The notes beneath the pieces are model-generated. The model made no database searches, was not told where the DNA came from, and saw only the letters and a program-made list of their open reading frames with translations. Of a stretch of 64,000 nucleotides of DNA, positions 48,801 to 59,155 are shown piece after piece. Both the position numbers and the translations under genes were made by a program. The DNA is from Auanema rhodensis (Eukaryota; Animalia; Nematoda): contig OZ059898.1 of assembly GCA_964057225.1 (NCBI GenBank), positions 14,012,001 through 14,076,000 on the forward strand, written 5' to 3'. Position 1 is the first letter of the stretch. Each line of letters starts with the position of its first letter.

Positions 48801-51352
48801 TGCTTTATCCCGATACATAGGAGAAGAAGCCAACGACGCAAGGCCTGAGACGAAGAAGAAGAAGAAAAAGGAAGAAATTCACATAAATGCCATAAATACA
48901 CCAACAATAAAGGAGCTTCAACTAAACACCCCTTGGATTAAAAGAACGATAGCGGAGATAGAATATAGAGCACAAAAGAATATGACAGCAAACGATAGAT
49001 ACTGCGTTATAAACGATTTGCTCTATACAAGACCAACAGACAAAAAGCCTCATCCTGCAATCGTTATACCACAAGACCATCCAATAACGGACGAAATTAT
49101 CAAATTATTTCACGAAGATCCCACCATAGCAGCACATCAAGGAATAAATAAGACAAAGGAAGCAATATTAAGAAGATTTTATTGGACAAACATGCAGAAT
49201 GACATCACAATGTTTATCAAAAACTGCATAAAATGTGCGCAAAGAAAGAAGGATCCCCATTCTATGACAGTTCAACCAATCGGACAATTTGAAATACCAA
49301 GTAAACCATTCGAACGGGTTCACATGGATATTATGGGACCATTCCCTCCCACACGAAGAAATTGCACCCATGTAATTACCATACAAGACTCATTCACTAA
49401 GTGGGCGACAACAATAGCAGTTCCGTGTATTACAACAGAAATTACCATCGACAGATTTCTAAGGAATTTTGTATACATTTATGGACCTCCCCAGCGACTG
49501 ATCACCGACCGAGGATCCAATTTTGTATCAAAAAAGTTCGAAGAAATGTGTAAAATGGTTGGAATAATACATGAACCTACCCTTCCTCATCAAAAGAACT
49601 CTAACGGTCAAGTCGAAAGACTACATAGAACGTTAGAGGAAGGGTTAACACACTATATGAAAGAAGACCTAAGCGAATGGGATACCATTTTACCCAAGAT
49701 TACTTTCGCGATCAACAATATTCAGCACGCTACAACCGGAATTGCACCATATGTAGCACTATTCGGAAAAGAAGGCAGAATGATACTCGATGCCGAATTA
49801 CCAGACACCATACGGAGAATACAGGAAATTTCTGATGAACTACTAGCAAGAAAGCCACAAATGATGAAAAGAAACCAAATAATTCATGACCGAATAGCGC
49901 AGAATCAAGAAAATGCAAAGAAAAAGAAGGACCAAACACAAAGAACGCGCGACAGAAATATACAACCAGGAGATATGGTCATGACCACTATAAAATCACA
50001 TCAAATTGGTCAGAAACTACGAAAAAGCTACGATGGACCCTTCGAAGTCATCAATGTCGAAGGATCTAAGGTCCAAATAAGGAATGGAGCAGGAAAAATT
50101 CAAGACATTCATAAAGACAACCTCAAATTATTCTCTAATTCGGAACAAGACAGCGCTTACAATACCAGAGCGAGCAAATGGAAACAACAAGCCGAGGAAG
50201 AAGACGACAGCGATATTGAGGTCATCGAAGTAATAAAAGGGAACAAGGGAAGCGACTCAGAAACAGAACCAGAATCAGAAATGGAGGATGGAAACGAACT
50301 ATGGTTACCGACTAATACGAACCGACAGAGAATAAAAAAAGTAAAATATTATAATTGATAACGATGAATTAGAAATTTCTTTGCAAGACATTAGAAATAG
50401 GCATCAAAAGAAGAGATTTCAAAAAATAATAAACTTATGATGATATTAATTAATACTAAGACCAAAGCCGTAAAACTATGCTGATTACAGAGATTTGAAA
50501 CTTGTGAAAAAAAAAATAATATAATAAATAAATAAATCAATAAAATGAAAAGCTCTACATGCCTCCCCATGATAGATGAGACGAACACTGACAGGCATAT
50601 AGACCACATGTCAACTGAGTGGTAGCCGCCATTAGTACTCGAGGATTCGCTCTGGGAGACAGGTAGAGACAGAGAAAAATAGAAATCAATACCTCTACCA
50701 CAGCTAGTATACGAGTTAGCAGTTGCAAGTATTAGTACAATGACCAAACTATACAAAAGCGATATACAAAAAAAAAAAAAAAAAATCTCTACTTATGATG
50801 ACTATATGAAACAAACATATGAACTAAATATAAAAATTCTAATTCTTCGTTACCAAAAATTACGTATTTCATATTATTGTGTTAAAATTTTTTTTTCTCT
50901 CCAAACTGTAAAACACAACTACATACCAACTCAAAAACTTTTTGGTTAAAATTCGCGAGGACGCGAAAAATCTTTTGAAAAAGGGCACGTTCCATGCGGA
51001 CGCCTAGTGTATGTAGTTAGTGGGTTAGAGTTAGACTGACTAGAGGACTGAGGAATAGCTCCGCCTTACCTCGGTTCTCTAACCAGGAGTTCGCCTCTTA
51101 GCAAGCCCATGGACGGTTTGTATCTAGTTTAGTTTATCTTGTACATTAGTCATTGTCTTGTAAATGTAGTCTACTCCATTCTTGTATTATTGTAGTGTAA
51201 TGTTGTTGTATCGTGTATAAAAAATCTATCCTTTTCCTTATCTTATGATATCCTTATGCTCTGTTTTCATACGCTACACTTATGGAATACTATCCGCGTA
51301 GTTGAGCAGACTACAATGGTCTGTTCAGTATACGCAGGAGCATAATGGAACG
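39838..51352 (+). mobile_element. Full-length env-bearing gypsy element, family A, copy 2 (LTRs 39838-40202 and 50988-51352)
   Basis: Same TSD GTAT, same flanks and same inter-LTR mismatch as copy 1, so it arose by duplication rather than a new insertion. Confidence 0.96.
41542..50358 (+). CDS. Gag-Env-Pol polyprotein, copy 2
   Basis: Translation appears identical to 16322-25138. Confidence 0.96.
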   Translation: MAKRFASAFSALHPSDSNSDATVASRTRSRTRLLSVQIEESNQPDEKPKPQLDKFYTPREGTYSPSDDTDEDPDFIIADGNAQTPTTNPKVRSFNTNKNRKIQKENPTTVSASPVNSDPNTLSAITDNTLSPSIELTQSPQAYSATTDLRNSSNQELTEANTSQSPLSAITDKLKKNISNKRKTSTPRKRTKVTTEAEAPSAEASEVSPLSLTTDKYKNKRSLTARLIKILNLSPGDKATTPNTVRPRFASHNSYLNKSDSAILSSQSTPITPPQASGRVIKVQKARSTTAVPVISSSIDSETGGSSETRRNTYPEASISEVITSPITHPKGISSEMTETPRLPGAGKSTIAQALSSPYCPIYDGSRNFRDFVAKFNTFSNALGLVMPERLTILPLLLKNERAEEAYTQLANEIKTAGPWITLIEELTSKLCPEYNQDPALITLQNSTQGDLSVDGFAQTLRNLSLNAFSQSDPHKDHILRSTFLRGLKNSIRPGVIRAKPKTFSEAIDNARWEESIANQVADPQALLVNAIERTFPQRRDPGRRGNGRGYQSFNNKNYQNYQNYQNSSNYQKPQNYQNSFARNRNFGNRGRNFSNQPNSNWYQRNNTLSRNQEINDNRQRLNNPFRGNNNNRGRGRGSRVNNLTLISPLTLAVALSVILSLITTVEAYQLCTKATGGALLIPPSLRKCSIPSTKHVLRTRIHLYTRNQTAHEWDAWRCSKEVHKICIRDLLFLRDYNSTVDRIEKIPAAECRLAVRDRKWSSEELKKLDSITYATNEPTFSPGRSLNNEQCEEKPRLVLERGVMTRMPDDTVISNLILNTEGCLSHHGECASNTSIIIWDKQPYENRCNYIDMSEYDAIIGDSIILIPTTQSALVIENKKVPKEISSCFQQPIFHTTTGNYILFPKFPNDINIHELIEREFKKLPPKRTKRAIAECKVEMNKEWIQQQEDFETIILNICPYPFLRPVMSNPGISQIIPLMRSRQIADPSYSVVDWISAHPEKFYFFLRNPVSDKSIQRFFKIYELRNPEEAILFFLAQKELAATTRGAIRYLTSLQLLEQIGDRLSAEEFDEKLLKKDGSYRERAEIIALELAFTPVVFENNLSVPSKQEVLKAFVNMPPTRPSLTTDSEEERRVLENTLDLYHNIIKLRVARPNRTIAAKDDERFRHLPVPATKLPDIHTLYHDIENNFGIPVGPHPRIQNPSKDTRELLIRTFLPLLEDTRKPPYLSRRLPITTTQMTPLSGPPETIYKEPTKSQTTYAPQPVTKTATLVQQTTRFDETTETTTTHATSTMLYALYTEKTPSTMTPISETTLRSLRKQRTSSPPIETKAIQAQSNYIASKVNNEMQTNQNTSRKIAQDHLQYATTIVQEELQRHFVESFESICEIQNRYLELWRSILQIEPTIAMRTILGRDDIAARFVGSEIVHVHICLPLKPKTVHYSHKINETCYLETPVTTEENKLYFAAPGSKDLLTHGKEINCDHVPTDVYSKDGEWMNVNGSVEVNPISLLDGAHHHQITPLKFTGAHLYTNLSSRIYSMTTAIAYGASLASIRQNHVLHTIHNDPQITSTFNLLKRGSDYISKAKEFTSTAWNSVIDSLIGSIEKTLIFIGSVVIIIALTIIVIVIAKLYFCKTMPLPIMHIQGMDHEPPGYEETLELVSRADQPMPESIMKQYYPALVTFIPLAMPFISSIRATETKLPLIYISVEDKLILALWDSGSSVSYVRLSTLKYLNMAQHIKKRRLVAMAANKSTFTLYGKIELIIEIAGYEIEHTFLVSSDNDCPAPALIGLDFMKTLDSENIDVSLKPSKKTLEIGNHALPLIEQEVIKQKSITVNIINLKRRILQPEEEAPIPIKTDRPLEQNEVVVLGDNGSALATSYPTAFRDTCGVYVIFRNNTDKTIEIEPNSVIGQANIGEIQSWQSIKNEPTTPYIPPEADWENKLPHFPRDFMKDLNLEKADLTKEDKQELTKIIEQHREAFLNEDRKIGLFKGPVEHTIPLRTDMDMPRPRITRIPLGKQEEIERQILEMLEQDIIEPSTSLFNSPVVLVKKKDDTYRFVTDFRALNNVTRKQTYVIPSISDIVDMAAGAKFFSNFDLVSGFFQISLRKSDRRLTAFTTTSGTYQYKRMPMGLCGAPHTFQTAVRYLQSKCSCKLFVYLDDLLVISDTREQHLKDIDELLHAVEKLGMKIKLKKCAFAQPEVKFLGLIVGRQGMKPDPQKVAAIQDYPAPKNATGVRAFLGMVGFFRKFIKDFARIASPLYDLTKAETEFIWNKEHQEAIDLLKRSLIQAPVLSPPKSDRLFIIESDGSNIAIGAVLLQPEDPRQPLKNLHPIAFASRKLVKAERNYAPIEIEALGLVYALNQFRTYILGTHTICITDHRPLTSLLTRRDLFGRLAKFQLVIQEYDIEIRYREGQLNKVCDALSRYIGEEANDARPETKKKKKKEEIHINAINTPTIKELQLNTPWIKRTIAEIEYRAQKNMTANDRYCVINDLLYTRPTDKKPHPAIVIPQDHPITDEIIKLFHEDPTIAAHQGINKTKEAILRRFYWTNMQNDITMFIKNCIKCAQRKKDPHSMTVQPIGQFEIPSKPFERVHMDIMGPFPPTRRNCTHVITIQDSFTKWATTIAVPCITTEITIDRFLRNFVYIYGPPQRLITDRGSNFVSKKFEEMCKMVGIIHEPTLPHQKNSNGQVERLHRTLEEGLTHYMKEDLSEWDTILPKITFAINNIQHATTGIAPYVALFGKEGRMILDAELPDTIRRIQEISDELLARKPQMMKRNQIIHDRIAQNQENAKKKKDQTQRTRDRNIQPGDMVMTTIKSHQIGQKLRKSYDGPFEVINVEGSKVQIRNGAGKIQDIHKDNLKLFSNSEQDSAYNTRASKWKQQAEEEDDSDIEVIEVIKGNKGSDSETEPESEMEDGNELWLPTNTNRQRIKKVKYYN

Positions 51353-54300
51353 GTATTTTCAAGATCTTTGCAACATATAGCAAAACGTCAAACCATTCTT
51401 AAAAAATGAAAAATGTATGCCTTCGGGGGGAATCGAACCTCCGACGAATGCTTGGAAGGCATCCATGCTGACCATTACACCACGAACGCTACGATGGCTC
51501 TTGAACTATTATATTAGATGAGTTGACACATCTTTGACTTCATATATAATTACAGAATGAAAAGCAGAAACATATTTTTTTCAAACGTTTCACATCAAAA
51601 AATCAAAAATGGACAAGCTCAAGTATTTTCAAAATCTTTGCAACATATTGCAATCAAATCGTTCAGAAAAAATGAAAAATGTGTGCGTTCGGGGGGAATC
51701 GAACCCCCGTCGAATGCTTGGAAGGCATCCATGCTGACCATTACACCACGAACGCTACAATAGGTTGTGAACTATTAGATTAGATGAGTTGACACATCTT
51801 TGACTTCATTGATAATTACGAATGAAAAGCAGTAACATATTTTTTTCAAACGTTTCACATCAAAAAATCAAAAATGGACAAGCTCAAGTATTTTCAAAAT
51901 CTTTGCAACATATTGCAATCAAATCGTTCAGAAAAAATGAAAAATGTGTGCGTTCGAGGGGAATCGAACCCCCGTCGAATGCTTGGAAGGCATCCATGCT
52001 GACCATTACACCACGAACGCTACAATAGGTTGTGAACTATTAGATTAGATGAGTTGACACATCTTTGACTTCATATATAATTACGAATGAAAAGCAGTAA
52101 CATATTTTTTTCAAACGTTTCACATCAAAAATTCAAAAATGGACAAGCTCAAGTATTTTCAAAATCTTTGCAACATATAGCAAAACGTCAAACCATTCTT
52201 AAAAAATGAAAAATGTATGCCTTCGGGGGGAATCGAACCTCCGTCGAATGCTTGGAAGGCATCCATGCTGACCATTACACCACGAACGCTACGATGGCTC
52301 TTGAACTATTAGATTAGATGACTTGACACATCTTTGACTTCATATATAATTACAGAATGAAAAGCAGAAACATATTTTTTTCAAACGTTTCACATCAAAA
52401 AATCAAAAATGGACAAGCTCAAGTATTTTCAAAATCTTTGCAACATATTGCAATCAAATCATTCACAAAAAATGAAAAATGTATGCGTTCGGGGGGAATC
52501 GAACCCCCGTCGAATGCTTGGAAGGCATCCATGCTGACCATTACACCACGAACGCTACAATAGGTTGTGAACTATTAGATTAGATGAGTTGACACATCTT
52601 TGACTTCATATATAATTACGAATGAAAAGCAGTAACATATTTTTTTCAAACGTTTCACATCAAAAATTCAAAAATGGACAAGCTCAAGTATTTTCAAAAT
52701 CTTTGCAACATATTGCAATCAAATCGTTCAGAAAAAATGAAAAATGTGTGCGTTCGGGGGGAATCGAACCCCCGTCGAATGCTTGGAAGGCATCCATGCT
52801 GACCATTACACCACGAACGCTACAATAGGTTGTGAACTATTAGATTAGATGAGTTGACACATCTTTGACTTCATATATAATTACGAATGAAAAGCAGTAA
52901 CATATTTTTTTCAAACGTTTCACATCAAAAATTCAAAAATGGACAAGCTCAAGTATTTTCAAAATCTTTGCAACATATTGCAATCAAATCATTCACAAAA
53001 AATGAAAAATGTATGCGTTCGGGGGGAATCGAACCCCCGTCGAATGCTTGGAAGGCATCCATGCTGACCATTACACCACGAACGCTACGATGGCTCTTGA
53101 ACTATTAGATTAGATGAGTTGACACATCTTTGACTTCATTGATAATTACGAATGAAAAGCAGTAACATATTTTTTTCAAACGTTTCACATCAAAAAATCA
53201 AAAATGGACAAGCTCAAGTATTTTCAAAATCTTTGCAACATATTGCAATCAAATCATTCACAAAAAATGAAAAATGTATGCGTTCGGGGGGAATCGAACC
53301 CCCGTCGAATGCTTGGAAGGCATCCATGCTGACCATTACACCATGAACGCTACGATGGCTCTTGATCTATTAGATTAGATGAGTTGACACATCTTTGACT
53401 TCATTGATAATTACGAATGAAAAGCAGTAACATATTTTTTTCAAACGTTTCACATCAAAAATTCAAAAATGGACAAGCTCAAGTATTTTCAAAATCTTTG
53501 CAACATATTGCAATCAAATCATTCACAAAAAATGAAAAATGTATGCGTTCGGGGGGAATCGAACCCCCGTCGAATGCTTGGAAGGCATCCATGCTGACCA
53601 TTACACCACGAACGCTACGATGGCTCTTGAACTATTAGATTAGATGAGTTGACACATCTTTGACTTCATTGATAATTACGAATGAAAAGCAGTAACATAT
53701 TTTTTTCAAACGTTTCACATCAAAAAATCAAAAATGGACAAGCTCAAGTATTTTCAAAATCTTTGCAACATATTGCAATCAAATCGTTCAGAAAAAATGA
53801 AAAATGTGTGCGTTCGGAGGGAATCGAACCCCCGTCGAATGCTTGGAAGGCATCCATGCTGACCATTACACCACGAACGCTACAATAGGTTGTGAACTAT
53901 TAGATTAGATGAGTTGACACATCTTTGACTTCATATATACATACGAATGAAAAGCAGTAACATATTTTTTTCGAACGTTTCACATCAAAAATTCAAAAAT
54001 GAACAAGCTCAAGTATTTTCAAAATCTTTGCAACATATTGCAATCAAATCATTCACAAAAAATGAAAAATGTATGCGTTCGGGGGGAATCGAACCCCCGT
54101 CGAATGCTTGGAAGGCATCCATGCTGACCATTACACCACGAACCTACGATGGCTCTTGAACTATAAGATTAGATGAGTTGACACATCATTGACTTCATTG
54201 ATAATTACGAATGAAAAGCAGTAACATATTTTTTTCAAACGTTTCACATCAAAAATTCAAAAATGGACAAGCTCAAGTATTTTCAAAATCTTTGCAACAT

Positions 54301-55591
54301 ATTGCAATCAAATCATTCACAAAAAATGAAAAATGTATGCGTTCGGGGGGAATCAAACCCCCGTCGAATGCTTGGAAGGCATCCATGCTGACCATTACAC
54401 CACGAACGCTACGATGGCTCTTGAACTATTAGATTAGATGAGTTGACACATCTTTGACTTCATTGATAATTACGAATGAAAAGCAGTAACATATTTTTTT
54501 CAAACGTTTCACATCAAAAAATCAAAAATGGACAAGCTCAAGTATTTTCAAAATCTTTGCAACATATTGCAAAACGTCAAACCATTCTTAAAAAATGAAA
54601 AATGTATGCGTTCGGGGGGAATCGAACCCCCGTCGAATGCTTGGAAGGCATCCATGCTGACCATTACACCACGAACGCTACAATAGGTTGTGAACTATTA
54701 GATTAGATGAGTTGACACATCTTTGACTTCATTGATAATTACGAATGAAAAGCAGTAACATATTTTTTTCAAACGTTTCACATCAAAAAATCAAAAATGG
54801 ACAAGCTCAAGTATTTTCAAAATCTTTGCAACATATTGCAAAACGTCAAACCATTCTTAAAAAATGAAAAATGTGTGCGTTCGGAGGGAATCGAACCCCC
54901 GTCGAATGCTTGGAAGGCATCCATGCTGACCATTACACCACGAACGCTACAATAGGTTGTGAACTATTAGATTAGATGAGTTGACACATCTTTGACTTCA
55001 TTGATAATTACGAATGAAAAGCAGTAACATATTTTTTTCAAACGTTTCACATCAAAAAATCAAAAATGGACAAGCTCAAGTATTTTCAAAATCTTTGCAA
55101 CATATTGCAAAACGTCAAACCATTCTTAAAAAATGAAAAATGTATGCGTTCGGGGGGAATCGAACCCCCGTCGAATGCTTGGAAGGCATCCATGCTGACC
55201 ATTACACCTCGAACGCTACGATGGCTCTTGAACTATTAGATTAGATGAGTTGACACATCTTTGACTTCATATATAATTACAGAATGAAAAGCAGAAACAT
55301 ATTTTTTTTAACGTTTCACATCAAAAAATCAAAAATGGACAAGCTCAAGTATTTTCAAAATCTTTGCAACATATTGCAAAACGTCAAACCATTCTTAAAA
55401 AATGAAAAATGTATGCGTTCGGGGGGAATCGAACCCCCGTCGAATGCTTGGAAGGCATCCATGCTGACCATTACACCACGAACGCTACAATAGGTTGTGA
55501 ACTATTAGATTAGATGAGTTGACACATCTTTGACTTCATATATAATTACGAATGAAAAGCAGTAACATATTTTTTTCAAACGTTTCACATC
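51353..55591 (-). repeat. Tandem tRNA-Gly(TCC) array, block 3 (~16 units)
   Basis: Same unit; tRNAs from 51418 to 55414. Confidence 0.96.
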
Positions 55592-58500
55592 CGTTCCATT
55601 CGGACTCCCCATATATGTAGCTGAAGGGTTAGAGCCAGACGACCAGAGGACCGAGGAATGGCTCCGCCTTCCCTCGTTCCCTTGGTCGGGAGTTCGCCTC
55701 TTAGCAAGCTCATGGACGGCTTGTAGTTTAGTCTTTATACTTATATTTTTCTTATTGTATTGTATCTTTATCTTTGTATATTATTGTTGTAGTTTCATGC
55801 CAATAAATCTTTCTCTCTTTTATCTTATGATTGACCTTATGCTCTTTATTCCTTACCGCTACACCAAGGAATACTATGCGCGTCATAGTATAAACTACAA
55901 TGGTTTATATTATCGACGCAGGAGCATAACGGAACGTGGAGGTTCCACCTCGAACTCATCTTTTGAAAAAAAAAAAAATTTTTTTTATTGTAAAAGTCCA
56001 TTTTTGCATTCTAAATTATAAATTCCTCCACTTGAAACAACAAAATGAAGGCGCCAATTTGTTTTAAGGTACAGATACAAGGGATCTCGCTTAAATGCGA
56101 GATAGGACCAATAAAAATTTTTGCCCACCGTCCTCAATTTAAAACCGTCTGAATGTCCACCCTTTTCTATATCGTATCTTGTACCGCTTCTCATGCCATT
56201 TTGAGGACGTTTGGATTGAAATAGAGGACAATTTCGCCAAACGAGAAATTATAATTGTTCACATTTTTTTTTTGGGCATAGAGAAGTTTGATTATTGGAA
56301 CAAAAAGTTATAAGACGCGCGCAATTGATTATAGTTTGTATATTTTGTGGTCAGGACTAGAATTTTGAAAAATTATTATATTCAGACGTAAAAGATTATT
56401 TTACATATTATTTTGCGGGAAACCAAAAACGGTTACATAAATTGAATATAAAAAGAGACCACACTAGTCCGAAAAAGCCTGGTAAATCTGCAATAAGACT
56501 TCTCAGCTCTTATTTGACAGTCAGGTCAAGTTGGCGGAAGCATAACTGCTACGGATTTTATCCCCGTAGATTATGTCACCTTCCTCAAATCATTTCGTTG
56601 TTTCAACTCATAAGATACCCCTTATTTCCTACAGTAATCCTAAGTAAATTGGAAATGTTTAAAAATAGACGTATTTTTCTCATTTTTAAAAAGAAATTCG
56701 CTTAGGAAAACGCACTTTTGCTTATTTTGATCAAGAAAAAGGACAGCCTTTTCAATAACTCTCCTCAAACCTCATTAGCATGCACAATGTCGAAAACATT
56801 TTGAGCAAAACATGCTATTTAAGGGAAAAGGAATGAGGAAAAGATTGCAAACATAAGTCCATTTTCTTGACGAAAACAGAGCAAAGTGCACAAAAATAAA
56901 AACACAGAGTACAAACTTTATTCAGTCAATACCCATATTTGATTTGCAACCGAGTTCGAAACTCAGAGGCAAGAAACATAGGAGTTTCGCTCGCAATTAA
57001 ATCTTCACTATATTCTAAACCTCGCGAAACCCTAAGTTCCAAACCAAATAATGAGTCATCATAAACAATATAGATTTTAAACCATAATCTATATAATAAA
57101 TAATAATAAAAATGACTCTTTTCCTGGTACCAGGCCCAAGGGCGTGCGGTTAATAAACCGGCCCTACCATTATATACATGAGCGCATAGATCAACTAAGC
57201 ACCTTCGACCAACAAGCTCCACTTCGGGAGCTACATCTACGAAGGTGGCAAAGTTTATATGGCCCTGCCCCAAATAATACATTTGGTGATCTTCGATAAA
57301 CTAAAGTAATCAAATAATCAAACATAAAATGGAGATACACAAACCATTAAAATTATATCAAGATTTGGCCTATAAGCCAAAACTCCTTCTCCATCGTACT
57401 CAACGATGGATTCGTATAATTTCCACAGGACATAAGTCATGCCAGTGGGATTATAACGTTGGAAATCCATTTTTTTTTCTTTCTTTCTTTTCTTTTCTTT
57501 TGTTTCTAACCTTAAAATAAATGTCCAAAGGCCGCAAAAGTACAAAGGGGATGACATGAATAAAGTTTTTTTTAAAGATTCTAGAGCAGTAAGAAAACAA
57601 AATTAGAGGAAAGTGCAAGAGCGGATAAAAATAGTTTTTGCGAAGAGATAAACATCATTAACTATAATAAGCTTACGGTAGATAGGCGGAGTCAGATTCC
57701 TGGCCAGGATTTGAAAAACTCCCTCTCATTTACCCTCCGCATCGCCCAGCAAAGCATGACTATCCTATTGCTCCCGAATCTTTCTCTCTCCCAACACACA
57801 TCTAAAAGAATCTTACGCACCTTACGTCAACATCCCACACGTAGCTCACCATTCTCGGTTTTTCCAAACCAAGAGTAATATAAAGGTGGCCAAAAGATTC
57901 TCATCGGTTTTCCGAGCCCTTTACTCGTCCGATACCAACAGTGACGCTACTGTCGCAAGTCGTCGCAGAAGCCGTACCCGACTTCTTAGTGTTCAAATAG
58001 AAAAACCGCACCAACCAGCCGAGAAGCCGAAGCCGCAAGTCGACCAGTTTTATACTCCCCGAGAAGGAACATATTCACCTTCTGACGACACCTACGAAGA
58101 TCCGGACTTCATCAAAGCCGACGACAGAAAAAATTTTTATATACATTCTTTTCTTTTCTGTAAATTGTAAAAGGAAAGTAACGGTGAATTAGAAAACTTT
58201 TTGATGAGAGATTAAGTGAGTAAACAACCAAAAATAAGGAATAAGTGAAAATATAATAGAAATAAATGGCTACCGTAATCCTATACGACCGATAGAGATA
58301 AAATTTTGCGCTAAACTGAGCTCCATATGTATCTCCAGGAAGAGACGAACATTGGCAGGCGCCTAAGCCACACCCCATCTGAGTGGTAGCCTCCATTAGT
58401 ACTCAAGGATTCATTCAGAGAGACATATGGAGACGAGTAAATTATTAACTAAAATTATCCCCATCATCATTAGGATACGAGTAACCATGTAACCGAAATG

Positions 58501-59155
58501 TTTAATAATTCCTTAGTGTCTCACATAAATCACACATTCATGAAACAAAGAATTTTTTTTTATTACAGTACTACAATGACTAAATTTATTTTCTAATCCT
58601 CCGTTACAAAATAACATAAAACCTATTATTGTATTCAAATTCTATCTTAATACCATAAAGAAACCTATTAAAACTATTTATATATCTTTCTACATGTAGA
58701 TTTTGAAACTTTTAAATTTATTTGTAAACTCCTAGACTCTAAAACTCAGCTACATATACACTAAAAACTCTTTATATCGCGCGGACGCGAAAAATCTTTG
58801 AAAAAGGGCACGTTCCATTCGGACTCCCCATATATGTAGCTGAAGGGTTAGAGCCAGACCACCAGAGGACCGAGGAATGGCTCCGCCTTCCCTCGTTCCC
58901 TTGGTCGGGAGTTCGCCTCTTAGCAAGCTCATGGACGGCTTGTAGTTTAGTCTTTATACTTATATTTATCTTATTGTATTGTATCTTTATCTTTGTATAT
59001 TATTGTTGTAGTTTCATGCCAATAAATCTTTCTCTCTTTTATCTTATGATTGACCTTATGCTCTTTATTCCTTACCGCTACACCAAGGAATACTATGCGC
59101 GTCATAGTATAAACTACAATGGTTTATATTATCGACGCAGGAGCATAACGTTCCA
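55592..59155 (+). mobile_element. Non-autonomous, internally deleted LTR element, family B (sister of family A)
   Basis: LTRs 55592-55936 and 58811-~59150 (2 mismatches seen, last 5 nt of the 3' LTR replaced); same tRNA-Gln PBS (55937-55949) and PPT; leader and 3' UTR blocks homologous to family A; only ~80 codons of the ORF remain; probable TSD CATC. Confidence 0.93.
57886..58170 (+). pseudogene. Truncated N-terminus of the family B polyprotein
   Basis: MAKRFSSVFRALYSSDTNSDATVASR...YTPREGTYSPSDD..EDPDFI aligns with the first ~80 aa of the family A ORF with many synonymous changes; homology ends at ~58125. Confidence 0.88.

Larger units (their letters stand above)
3548..53987. repeat. 25,220 bp tandem segmental duplication (copy 1 ~3548-28767, copy 2 ~28768-53987)
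   Basis: All ORFs from 3776 to 28462 recur at +25220; diagnostic SNPs place the junction between 28768 and 28781; only two differences noticed (3912 vs 29132; 26292 vs 51512). Confidence 0.93.

Noticed and set aside
39838-51352. Second provirus as an independent site-specific insertion
   Set aside because: Identical TSD, flanking SNP pattern and shared LTR mismatch show that it is part of the 25,220 bp duplication
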